Below, piece after piece: positions 47,152-56,559 of a DNA stretch of 64,000 nt (position 1 is its first letter; every line of letters starts with the position of its first letter). The stretch is from Candidatus Dojkabacteria bacterium (GTDB taxonomy: Bacteria; Patescibacteriota; Dojkabacteria; GCA-002793355). Where the stretch lies: NCBI GenBank assembly GCA_030583685.1, contig CP129470.1, positions 479,007 to 543,006 on the forward strand, in the 5' to 3' direction. The notes under the pieces were generated by a model. That model was not told where the DNA came from. It made no database searches and worked only from the letters and a program-made list of their open reading frames with translations. Both the position numbers and the translations under genes were made by a program.

Positions 47152-50129
47152 CCATAGACCAATTTACAAAATCTTCAGCTCCTGTCACTGTGATTGTGAA
47201 TATTGCAAACCCTGTTGCAGTTAAACTGATAAAGATTCTTCTAGATCAAGGGAGTCGCTTGTTGATTGTTGACAAGTTAACTAAAAGTAAACGCCAATTA
47301 TTAGGCAATTTGCTCACTCATGCCGATTGCTTATTCATGGATTCCGAAAGTACCTTTAAAAATATTCAAAAGTTCAAAAAAATTGATTATGTCTATTATT
47401 TTCTTTCGCAAATTACTGCAGGAAGTACCTATCCTGAGGTGTTTGCCGAAACGATGGATGTACAAAAACTTGATCACCGTGAATTTATGCGTGAATCAAA
47501 TAGAATTGACGCCTACTTAAAGTTGGCACAATCCTTTGATTCCTCGTTCACTTTAGTGACCTCGGCGTATCTGAGCCAATTCTTAGAATTATTGCCCGAA
47601 GCTAATCTTCAACTTCAGAAATACGCAGAATCTCTTGTGCTCGATGCGGTTCAGCAGAGTAATCTTATGGGGAGAATTGTTCGTCTTGGTGAGTTGATTG
47701 GTCGCGACTCTGATGTTGCTTCACCTACGTATTTTGCACGACTCTTGCGTGAAGTACTGGTGAGAAAAAAGCTAAATGTGTTCGCTGATGGAATGCAACA
47801 AAACTATCTGATTCATACAGAAGATGCGGTGTATGCGGTTCTTAAGGCAGCGTTTAGCCCGGAAACCAAGGGGAAGACATATCTTGCGGCGTATCCTCAA
47901 CCATTCACCTCTCTTGGAATAGCGTATCAACTTCTAGAATTGACTCAGGAAGAAAAACAAGTTGTCTTTAATGAAGTACTTCCCCATTACAACGAAATTG
48001 CTGGTCTTAAAACGCTTTGTCTGGCACCGTCTTTGGGAAGTGTTGGGTGGGAAACGCAAATTCCTTTTGAACAAGCAGTTGCTGAGACTACCCATGCCTT
48101 GGCGCAACAACTACACGTTGAATGGAAAGCATTGGGTTCGAAGGCTGCACTACTCGACCGTGAAGACGAAGAGGTTCTAGACAAGCCGACGAAAACCTCG
48201 TCGTTCTCTTTTGAACAAGCAAGTGTCTCGTTGTATCAATTTTTTATTGCGCAACCCATCCTCTGGCTCGTCTCTTTGCTGAAACCAAAACAGATTTCAA
48301 ATAAACGAAAACAGACACGTTCGGGAGTCGGCAAGATACTGTTTGGAGGAGTTATTGCCCTTATCGTTGCTGTAATACTTACCCCGTATATTCACTTCGG
48401 AGTATCAAGCTTTAAGGTGTGGTCATTGGTTACCGCGATGAAGCATGATATTGGTGCACTGCAAAGTGACCAATTCGACAGGTATTCACAAGAACTCCCA
48501 GCGTTATTAGAAGGTATGGTCAGTGATTATCGAGCGGTTGCGTATTTACAGCACATTCCAGGAGTAACTCAGGTATATGAAGATGTTGGGAATATTCTCT
48601 ATGGCGGACAATCACTTGCATTCAGCGCGTCCGCAACTTTTTCCTCGTTGCGTCCTGCTTTGGGAATAGTTGATGGGTTAAAAAACCTTTCTCCGAATAA
48701 TCCCGCCGGAACTGTATCAAGAGACTATTATCAAGATATTGGGCAAATGATTTCACATCGTAGTGCCTTAATACAGGCAGTACAGGACGCAAAAATCGGG
48801 AATTCAAGGCTTCAGCGAATTGAAATCTCCCGTTATCCTCTTGGTGTGCAACAACAACTCCTTCAAGTACAGCATGTTGCCCGTTCGTATTCTCAGACAC
48901 TCGAGGAAGTAACCCGTGTTTACGACATTGTTCCGTATCTGCTTGGGTATAAAGAGAGAACAAATTACTTTCTTATGATTCAAAATGAAACAGAGTTACG
49001 TTCGACTGGTGGATGGTTTACCCATTATGCAATTGTTGGCATTGAAAATGGACAGGTGCGAGAGTTGGTTGTCAATGATGTTTATGATTTTGATGGTAAA
49101 GCCGCAGGTATTCCCGCACCTCCTGCAATGCAATCGGGGTTAGATGTAAAAACGATGAAACTCGCGCTCAGTAATTGGGATCCTTCACTTCGTGTTACCT
49201 CGGAAACTGTCGAAACGCTGTTTGCGCAACAAGGATTGATGAAGAAAAACGATGTGACGGTTACTATCACCTTCGATCTCGTGAAAAAACTACTAGCCGT
49301 AGTGGGAAGTGTGTCAGTTGACTCATTGGGGGAGGTTACTGCTGATAATTTGTATGAGAAAGTAGGAGTATTACACGGACAATTTGTCCCCGGTTCTCAG
49401 CAAAAGAATACGGTGGTGTCTGAGTTCATGCCAAAATTTATGGAATCTCTCATGACGTCGTCAATTGAGCAGAAACAACAAATTCTTGTCGTCCTGGGGA
49501 ATGCAATTGAAGAACGCTCGGTTATGGTGTATTCAACTAATGCACGGGTAATGCAAGCTCTTCTTACTCCACATCAGACATATCGCGAGATAAAACCAGA
49601 GGATTCACCAATTGCGATAATTGATTGGAATTGGGGAGGGAACAAAGCGAACCAGTTCATGAAGCGCTCAACAGATTATCTTATCAATGAGCGGGATGGG
49701 AAAATGACTATAACGCTTCTTTATACAAATGAAAGTAAAACTGATACATATCCCGAAGGTCGCTATGTGAATGTTCAGCGACTGTATTATCCAAAGAACT
49801 TCACATTGCGGTCGTTGGTTGGCTATTCGACTCAGGCTAAACAGTTTACCACTGAACAAGGATTGCCGTATTTTGTGGCGGAAATGCGTGTTGATAAGCA
49901 AGAGACAAAACCTGTGTCGATAGAATTGGATATGAAATCATTGCCAAACAGTCTGACACTGTATAAGCAGCCAGGTATTGGTGTCGAAGCTAACCGTGTC
50001 ATTATTACTCGTGCCGCAGACTCGACCATAAGTGAAGATATGTTACGCCAACAAGGATTCACCGCAGTTGACGATAAATGGGTAAAAACGTATGTGAGTA
50101 AAAGCGATGTTGTAGTGCGTTTCCGTTAG
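47148..50129 (+). CDS. Large 993-aa membrane protein. It has an N-terminal degenerate Rossmann/epimerase-like domain, central TM helices and a large extracytoplasmic domain (DUF4012-like?).
   Basis: ATGA overlap with the PEGA gene. Hydrophobic segments around aa 370-420. No catalytic motifs identified. Confidence 0.45.
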   Translation: MTIDQFTKSSAPVTVIVNIANPVAVKLIKILLDQGSRLLIVDKLTKSKRQLLGNLLTHADCLFMDSESTFKNIQKFKKIDYVYYFLSQITAGSTYPEVFAETMDVQKLDHREFMRESNRIDAYLKLAQSFDSSFTLVTSAYLSQFLELLPEANLQLQKYAESLVLDAVQQSNLMGRIVRLGELIGRDSDVASPTYFARLLREVLVRKKLNVFADGMQQNYLIHTEDAVYAVLKAAFSPETKGKTYLAAYPQPFTSLGIAYQLLELTQEEKQVVFNEVLPHYNEIAGLKTLCLAPSLGSVGWETQIPFEQAVAETTHALAQQLHVEWKALGSKAALLDREDEEVLDKPTKTSSFSFEQASVSLYQFFIAQPILWLVSLLKPKQISNKRKQTRSGVGKILFGGVIALIVAVILTPYIHFGVSSFKVWSLVTAMKHDIGALQSDQFDRYSQELPALLEGMVSDYRAVAYLQHIPGVTQVYEDVGNILYGGQSLAFSASATFSSLRPALGIVDGLKNLSPNNPAGTVSRDYYQDIGQMISHRSALIQAVQDAKIGNSRLQRIEISRYPLGVQQQLLQVQHVARSYSQTLEEVTRVYDIVPYLLGYKERTNYFLMIQNETELRSTGGWFTHYAIVGIENGQVRELVVNDVYDFDGKAAGIPAPPAMQSGLDVKTMKLALSNWDPSLRVTSETVETLFAQQGLMKKNDVTVTITFDLVKKLLAVVGSVSVDSLGEVTADNLYEKVGVLHGQFVPGSQQKNTVVSEFMPKFMESLMTSSIEQKQQILVVLGNAIEERSVMVYSTNARVMQALLTPHQTYREIKPEDSPIAIIDWNWGGNKANQFMKRSTDYLINERDGKMTITLLYTNESKTDTYPEGRYVNVQRLYYPKNFTLRSLVGYSTQAKQFTTEQGLPYFVAEMRVDKQETKPVSIELDMKSLPNSLTLYKQPGIGVEANRVIITRAADSTISEDMLRQQGFTAVDDKWVKTYVSKSDVVVRFR

Positions 50130-50863
50130 ACCAAAAGAAACAAGCTTATTCCTGAAGCGATGACGATCAGTTGTAGAACTCTTTCTCGTAAGCGCGATGC
50201 GCCAAAATGATGGAGATCGGGGATTAAATCGGTACAAGCGATATACAAGAATCCGCCTGCAGTAACGGAAAGTGTGTAGAGGGAAAACTGGTCGAGATTG
50301 GCCGTAAGAATATATCCCGTGATTGCGCCAAGAAGTGCAAGTGCACCAGATAAAATACTGACCAGAAAAATTTTACGGAGAGCCCATTTCGCATGAAACA
50401 TTATACTGAAATCCGCGATCTCTTGGGGTATTTCGTGAAGTGCTACCGCAAGTGCAGTTGCCCACCCAAGTGATGGATTAACCAAGAAACTTCCGACGAT
50501 GAGCAGGCCGTCGAGAAAGTTGTGTGCGGAGTCCCCGAATACAGACATAACCGCTGCAGGGTGTCGTGATCGGCTTTCTTGTGGGTCGTGATGATGCCAA
50601 CGGAGAAATTGTTCGAGTCCATAAAACAATAAGATGCCTCCAATAATGAGGAGACTTGAAAAAGTTGTATTTTCTGTTTCTGCAAAAATTTCAGGTATCA
50701 AATGAAGGAGTGCATTTCCCAGTAGAGCTCCAATTGCGAAACTAACCAACCAATGAGTGCTTTTTGTGAGTGATTTTCCCGCGACTTTTGCGATAACCAC
50801 GATAAACACTGGAATTGAACCAACCAGTACAACGGCAACAAGTGATTGAAGAAATGGTGTCAT
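50126..50863 (-). CDS. zupT: ZIP-family divalent metal (zinc) transporter.
   Basis: HEIPQEIADFSIMF signature. 8 TM helices. His-rich loop HHHDPQESRSRH. Confidence 0.85.
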   Translation of the reverse strand: MTPFLQSLVAVVLVGSIPVFIVVIAKVAGKSLTKSTHWLVSFAIGALLGNALLHLIPEIFAETENTTFSSLLIIGGILLFYGLEQFLRWHHHDPQESRSRHPAAVMSVFGDSAHNFLDGLLIVGSFLVNPSLGWATALAVALHEIPQEIADFSIMFHAKWALRKIFLVSILSGALALLGAITGYILTANLDQFSLYTLSVTAGGFLYIACTDLIPDLHHFGASRLRERVLQLIVIASGISLFLLV

Positions 50864-50949
50864 AAGCAGTATGATAGCACAAAAAGGACAGTTCAGGTGA
50901 AGTTTGCGTTACTTTGTGCTATAATACACCTGTCTCGACCACACTTTCG

Positions 50950-51371
50950 GGGGTGATCGGCTTAGACGGTTGTTCGTTGAAAGAAGAAGCCAAGCGGGCT
51001 GATATCCCGTACTCCTATCAAAGCACATAAAGTGCCAAACAAACCCTTTCTGCAAAAATTGCTAACGCACTTAACAGCGTCGTTGCGGCTTTCAGCCGTC
51101 CCGCAGCTGCTTTGAACGTTATGCAAATTGCATAAGTCATTGCGACTTTCCTTAGTGTCCCTCCTTTGCCTGACAAGCGGACAATAAGGAGTAATAAAGT
51201 TCAGGCCGACGTATTCTCGAGCTCCTCTGTGAGAATACTGTTGTATACGTGAGGGCGAGTGTTACTTTTTTGCCTCGGTTTTAGGTGACACTTCGTATAT
51301 AATCAAGGCTGTCTTGGGAGAATCTTCTTTTAGAAAACAGCTGCACAGGGGTTCGATTCCCCTCACCTCCA
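50950..51371 (+). ncRNA. ssrA: tmRNA (ssrA).
   Basis: 5' GGGGGUGAUCGGCUUAGACGG. 3' T-arm GGGGUUCGAUUCCCC. Acceptor GGGGGUG/CACCUCC with a G3:U70 wobble (Ala identity). Discriminator A. Internal ORF with Ala-rich tag candidates. Extended -10 TGCTATAAT at 50917-50925. Confidence 0.85.
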
Positions 51372-51513
51372 TTTTGGAAATTTACGGTGCAACCGTAGAT
51401 TTTCAAAATAGAACAGAGAATCGAACCGTAGGTTCTCTTGCGAATTCCTTGCTTATGCGATTTTCGAATGAGCAATACAAAGCCCGATAAAGTTTCAATG
51501 TATCCGAAGTATT

Positions 51514-51533
51514 CCCCTCACCTCCACCAAAAA
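51514..51533 (+). repeat. Direct-repeat copy of the tmRNA 3' end (UUCCCCUCACCUCCA+CCA), 143 bp downstream of ssrA. It looks like an att-like integration scar.
   Basis: A 15-nt exact duplicate of 51356-51370, here followed by CCA. Confidence 0.55.
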
Positions 51534-51755
51534 TATCCCTACACTCGCTACAGAAAAAGGCACAGCCTTTGTTCTGTGACGCTCGCCGGAATATTTTTTG
51601 TGGAGAATACAGTAGGGATGTTTTTGGTGGAGATTGGTTGGCGGTTTGGGAACATGTTGTCATACAGCGTTCTCTGTCCTTGAATACAGCACAGGTTAAT
51701 TGCGGAGTAACTCCTCATTATACATAGGCAAGTACCGCTTTTGATATAATTAACT

Positions 51756-52472
51756 ATGCAGATAGAAGAGTCTCTTAAAGAGATAGTTGAGCTCGAGGCA
51801 GAGTGGAATCGAACAAAGTCAAGGCAAATATATACGAAATTGACTGCTAAGATTTTTGAAGTGGTTGAAAAGAACACTCTTGAAAAAGAGTTACTCGAAC
51901 ACTATTTCAGGATTCTTGATACGAAAAGTGCAAAATTAAAGTTGTCGAGACTCATGCGGAGACCAAAAGTGCAATTCACCCTTGAAGATCCACGATATGA
52001 TTTGAAGGTGACGGGAGTAGCGGATGTAGAAAGCGGAGTGTTGATTTTAGGGAATGAGATTGGCCAGCAGCTAAAACAGCAAGAAAGCTCTCTGGATTTT
52101 CATAAACAGGTCGCGATACTTCATGAACGTGGAGATGCCGTCATGCTTGAACTCGGAGGTGATGGTGCAATCGGGATTGAACTTCGAGTCATGTCATCTG
52201 GTGTACCGAGTATTTCGAAAAAAGAAGCAAAAATTTGCCGTTCCATCTCTCAAGAATATAGCCTGCGCGTTACGAACCCTACGGTTTTATACGGGGATCT
52301 TGGTTGTACACGAGACGATGAGACAAGGAAGATTATGGTTCAGATGAAAACTGGATATTATAAGGTTCGTTTTTTTATTCTAGAAATTGTTGGAAAGTTC
52401 ACGAAGTATGTTGCCATTATTGCTCCTACGGAAACAGTGGAGTTAAATCCACATATTGAAATGCTTGAATAG
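51756..52472 (+). CDS. Hypothetical 238-aa protein immediately downstream of the ssrA att-like scar.
   Basis: ORF only. No recognisable domain. Confidence 0.4.
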   Translation: MQIEESLKEIVELEAEWNRTKSRQIYTKLTAKIFEVVEKNTLEKELLEHYFRILDTKSAKLKLSRLMRRPKVQFTLEDPRYDLKVTGVADVESGVLILGNEIGQQLKQQESSLDFHKQVAILHERGDAVMLELGGDGAIGIELRVMSSGVPSISKKEAKICRSISQEYSLRVTNPTVLYGDLGCTRDDETRKIMVQMKTGYYKVRFFILEIVGKFTKYVAIIAPTETVELNPHIEMLE

Positions 52473-52682
52473 TGAGATAAGCGCATTCCTATGCAATAAT
52501 GAAAAATAACAGGGGAAGCAATCATTATTAGAGTTAATTAATACCAAACATGATGACAATAGAAGATGCAAAAGAACTGATAGACTACCTCGTATCTTCC
52601 GGAAAAAGAATAGCGAGCACGCGGGAAAAGTCTCTGATATTGGGGTAAGCTCATCAAAATGTAATTCCTAGATAATCTTCTT

Positions 52683-52698
52683 ATGACAATTTTGTCAT
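52683..52698. terminator. Palindrome ATGACAA-TT-TTGTCAT in the convergent intergenic region. Possible bidirectional terminator or operator.
   Basis: 7-bp perfect inverted arms with an AT-rich context. Lies between the stop of the 51756 ORF and the stop of the MFS gene. Confidence 0.25.
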
Positions 52699-52784
52699 TT
52701 TCATCATCATCGCGGCAGAATTGTTCATTTTCAAAATAAAACCCGATCATTTGTGGGTAAAGGTTCTTTCGGCACTCATCGCCA

Positions 52785-53993
52785 TTACTGGTATTTACTT
52801 GATTTCTTACTTTTAACCAATAATCCACTTATTACGATATATCCAAACGAGAGAAGAGCAGGTAGCCAAAACGCGTCAAAAACGGTAGTATTGTCTGCTA
52901 AAACTCCAAAGGAATAGGCAACAGGAACATACCAGATATTCTTGGCAAAACTAAGAATTGAGGTTGTTGTTGCACGATATTTACTTTCAATTCCGTGCTG
53001 CCAATCGGTATTAACCGCTATTTCCCCATAGGCGTGAATTATCCTCATAAAGAGCAGTGCAATGACAACAATACTCAGGGAGTGAGTTATCATGAGCAGT
53101 ATTCCACCAAGCATCGCGAAGGTGAGCTTTTGATACACAAGTACCGTAACTGGCTTCTTTTCTGCATACTGAACGCCGATTAAGAATGAAAGCATTTCAA
53201 AAAATGCAAAAATTCCAATAATGGTGAAAGAAAGACCTAACTCTTTTAATGTAATGAGAGCAAATTCTGAGACTAAGGTGTATGCGATAACAGTTGTCAG
53301 AGAAAAGAGTGCAATTGTTCTCAGGTGGGTATGCGTTGCTATTTTTTTGACTAATTTCAGTACATCGAAAGCGAGTAATTCCTGTTCTGAACTCGCTTGT
53401 GAGCTGCTTGCTCGTGGCAGTAAAAGCGCAAAGTAAACGGCAATTGTTGCGCTAACAACTGATGAAAACATCACTAAAACCATATTCGCATCTGCAACAA
53501 ATCCTGCAATGAGAACACCAACACCAAGCCCTATCTCTCTGCTCGAGGTAGCAAGAGACAGAACTTTTTGGAAATAATTTTGTTGTTGTTTTTCTTTCAG
53601 ATCGTCATAGATTAACGCCTCTAATGCACCTGACAAAAATGCGTCATGAATTCCCCAGAAAAGCATACCGATGACAAAACCAGTAAAATTCTGAAAAAGA
53701 AAGAAACATAAGAGTCCTGCTAAGAACGCTAATTTTCCTGCGATAACCACCACCTTTCTTCCAAATTTGTCTGCCAAAATTCCGCTCGGAATCTCCAATA
53801 GGACGATTGACACAGACCACACTCCCAAAACAATCGAGAGTTGCTTGTAGTCAATACCACTTTCGAGAAAGAAGATATTTTGAATCAACCAGAAGAAATT
53901 GAAATAATAGAAGAATTGAAGCAGGGAGTAAATAACCGAGGTCCTTCGTATTTCAGGAGGGAGAGAGGATAAGACTTTAAATTTTTGCATCAT
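52785..53993 (-). CDS. MFS-family transporter.
   Basis: 12 predicted TM helices. MFS loop motif GILADKFGRK. Confidence 0.75.
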   Translation of the reverse strand: MMQKFKVLSSLPPEIRRTSVIYSLLQFFYYFNFFWLIQNIFFLESGIDYKQLSIVLGVWSVSIVLLEIPSGILADKFGRKVVVIAGKLAFLAGLLCFFLFQNFTGFVIGMLFWGIHDAFLSGALEALIYDDLKEKQQQNYFQKVLSLATSSREIGLGVGVLIAGFVADANMVLVMFSSVVSATIAVYFALLLPRASSSQASSEQELLAFDVLKLVKKIATHTHLRTIALFSLTTVIAYTLVSEFALITLKELGLSFTIIGIFAFFEMLSFLIGVQYAEKKPVTVLVYQKLTFAMLGGILLMITHSLSIVVIALLFMRIIHAYGEIAVNTDWQHGIESKYRATTTSILSFAKNIWYVPVAYSFGVLADNTTVFDAFWLPALLSFGYIVISGLLVKSKKSSKYQ

Positions 53994-54352
53994 AGCGTAC
54001 TAAACCACTTTTGATAGTGAAAGAAAAGTCTTTGGACGTGGCGGTTTAAGTCAATAATAAGGTTATAGAAAAGAAAGGTGATGGTGGCTACTAGGAGAAA
54101 AAACGGTATTTGCGATACTTTTGTCATAGAAATGGAGATCATTAAGCCAATGAATACGTATTTTAATAGGAGCAGGATAGTGCGATTTCCGAGAGCTTTT
54201 GTATTACCCTTTTGATAAAGGATGCGACCAATCTTTTTATTACATTGTAATGCTGCAACAACGCAATAACAATAAAACCCTATGATATACAATCCTGATG
54301 GCAATATCGTTGTTGTGACCAGAAGAGTGCCAACAATAAATTTCATCCTCAC
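53990..54352 (-). CDS. Small hydrophobic membrane protein, hypothetical.
   Basis: ORF with 3-4 TM helices. Its stop overlaps the MFS gene start. Confidence 0.3.
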   Translation of the reverse strand: MRMKFIVGTLLVTTTILPSGLYIIGFYCYCVVAALQCNKKIGRILYQKGNTKALGNRTILLLLKYVFIGLMISISMTKVSQIPFFLLVATITFLFYNLIIDLNRHVQRLFFHYQKWFSTL

Positions 54353-54384
54353 TCATTGTAGCAAGTTTTATTTACCGTGTAGAC

Positions 54385-55509
54385 TTGAGAAATAGAGGTA
54401 CGTTGATTACAATTCCCCATATGTCTCAAAGGCGCATCACGCTTCGCGGTTGGCAATCATGGACTCATTGCAAACATGGTCCAACGTTTATTAAGCGAAT
54501 TCGGAATCATTCACCTTTCCCTTATGATGATGTAGTCGTTACGATTCCAGAAGATAAGAAAAGTAAGTCCCCCATAACTGGCTGGTGTTCATGGAATTCT
54601 TTTATGTTGCAGGTTTCCGAGCAAGGAATTCTAACGGTAGTTGACTGGTTGGTGAAGCGAAAAAAAGATATTCCGGTTGAGTACATTCTGATTGACGATG
54701 GCTGGTGTGAATGGGGTGACTGGGTAACGCCAAAAAGAAAGACATTTCCTGATGGAATTCACGGGACTGCAAAGAAAATCAGAGAAAAAGGCTTCAAAAC
54801 GGGATTGTGGCTCGCCCCATTTCTTGCGAGTGAACACTCGAATCTCGTGAAAGAGAAACCAGAATGGTTTTGTCGCAAACGTTTTGGACGATGGGTTGAA
54901 GGGAGAAAGAATTATCGATTGGATAGACTTGTTCCAGGGAGAAAATATTTACTTGATTTCGAAAATCCAGAGGTTTTCGAGTACATTTTGCAGAGCATCA
55001 GGAAAATTGTGCAAGAGTGGGGTATCACATTACTGAAACTCGACTTTCTCTATGCGGGGCATTTTAATCCGAAGTATAGAACTGGGGAACAAGCAGATGC
55101 AAAACTACAAGAATTATTGCGTGCAATAAAAGCAATGAGTCCAGAACTTCAAATTATTGCTTGTGGGTGCCCACTCGCGCCAGCTGTTGGGTTAGTCGAT
55201 GCAATGAGAATTAGTGACGATGTCATCCTTCCTCCTCTTAAAAGAGTGCCCGTAATTAATTGGTTGGTACATTCGATACGCTTGAGACAATTGCAAGATA
55301 ACTTTCAAGCCAGAAAAGAAACGAACGTGCTTTGGAACATTGACCCCGATATGTTTGTCTGTCACCCTTCGTATGGCCTTTCACATCTGCAGAGAAAAAA
55401 GTTTCAAGCAGTTATTAAACAAGCAAATGGGGTCATGATGCTTGGTGATTACCTTCCGGAGCTTTCAGAAGAGGAGATTGCTACCTACCTGATTCCTCTA
55501 TTTCGGTAA
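54385..55509 (+). CDS. Glycoside hydrolase clan GH-D (GH36/GH27 alpha-galactosidase-like).
   Basis: GWCSWNSF and ILIDDGW motifs typical of GH36/GH27 (beta/alpha)8 catalytic domains. Confidence 0.55.
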   Translation: MRNRGTLITIPHMSQRRITLRGWQSWTHCKHGPTFIKRIRNHSPFPYDDVVVTIPEDKKSKSPITGWCSWNSFMLQVSEQGILTVVDWLVKRKKDIPVEYILIDDGWCEWGDWVTPKRKTFPDGIHGTAKKIREKGFKTGLWLAPFLASEHSNLVKEKPEWFCRKRFGRWVEGRKNYRLDRLVPGRKYLLDFENPEVFEYILQSIRKIVQEWGITLLKLDFLYAGHFNPKYRTGEQADAKLQELLRAIKAMSPELQIIACGCPLAPAVGLVDAMRISDDVILPPLKRVPVINWLVHSIRLRQLQDNFQARKETNVLWNIDPDMFVCHPSYGLSHLQRKKFQAVIKQANGVMMLGDYLPELSEEEIATYLIPLFR

Positions 55510-55530
55510 CGTGTATGCGACTTTGGTAAA

Positions 55531-56559
55531 TTGATGTTATACTCGTCTATGACAGTCATTTTAAACATCTTCCGCTGGCTCTTTGGGCTTGTTTTCGCTT
55601 TTCTCTTTTTCATTTTCGCCGTCACTGGAATTCCACTCTCGTTGATATTTCAGCAAGTGACAAAAACTGAGGTCGGCATGTCTTGGGCGCGAGCTATCGC
55701 TGAAGATCCAGCTACGGTGAGCATCTTGTTTGATAGTTTTCTTGAAGGAATTGCAGAATCCGGTGCAATTGATGATCCTGCCTTACAGCAAACGTTTCGA
55801 CAAGCGGCAAGTCCAACAACCGAATTAGGAAAAGCACTCCGTACCTTAGCAACACCAGAGATTATAGGGAGAAATATCATCGAGAATACTGAAAAGTATT
55901 ACGTTTGGAGAGATGGCGACTCTTTGGATCTCGATATTCGATTAAAACTCGCAGAGGATGACGCGAGTTGGGCTCAACTTGTCGCTGTTATGCTGCAATC
56001 ACGCTACGAATCATTGGAGGCATGTACGCCACAGCAGCGAGCATCACTTGGTCGAGTTGATGCCAAAACTATCGCAGAAATACCTTGTTCGGTTGGTTCA
56101 ATGTCACCTGCAACGTTTCGAGCAGCTGCGAGGGAAATGGTTGCAAAGCCAGAGGAGCAAAAAATTATTCGTGAAGGTTTTCCTTTACTGACGTACGACG
56201 CAACGAACCGTGCGGAGGCTCAAGAAGCAAAGGATTCCATTCTCCGGTCTGAGAGAGGCCTGACGACGTTAAGAACAGTGATGTGGATTGGCTTGTTACT
56301 CTTATTATTACTGATGCTTGTCCTTTTTACTCCAACAAATGGCGTGAATTTTATTGTTACTGGTGTCATCGCAATCGGAACGGGAATTGCTATTTCGGGG
56401 ATTGGAAGAATGTTACTGACCATCCACGAAGTTGTTCGAGAAACTTTATCTCAACCGTTGGTTAATCAGGGAATGGTGCTGGTGCTCCTTGGGGTTGTGA
56501 GTATTGGCTTCGGAATCTGGAAATTGGCAAAGAAAGGGAAAGAGGCGAAGGTGGTTTAG
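55531..56559 (+). CDS. Hypothetical membrane protein (one N-terminal TM plus 3 C-terminal TM helices).
   Basis: ORF only, with hydrophobic segments. Confidence 0.4.
   Translation: MMLYSSMTVILNIFRWLFGLVFAFLFFIFAVTGIPLSLIFQQVTKTEVGMSWARAIAEDPATVSILFDSFLEGIAESGAIDDPALQQTFRQAASPTTELGKALRTLATPEIIGRNIIENTEKYYVWRDGDSLDLDIRLKLAEDDASWAQLVAVMLQSRYESLEACTPQQRASLGRVDAKTIAEIPCSVGSMSPATFRAAAREMVAKPEEQKIIREGFPLLTYDATNRAEAQEAKDSILRSERGLTTLRTVMWIGLLLLLLLMLVLFTPTNGVNFIVTGVIAIGTGIAISGIGRMLLTIHEVVRETLSQPLVNQGMVLVLLGVVSIGFGIWKLAKKGKEAKVV

Noticed and set aside
51395-51435. GAATCGAACCGTAGG segment (reverse complement resembles a tRNA T-arm) and duplicated AACCGTAG, considered as a minus-strand tRNA or fragment.
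   Set aside because: No complementary T-stem, acceptor or anticodon arms can be built. Treated as filler within the ssrA scar.
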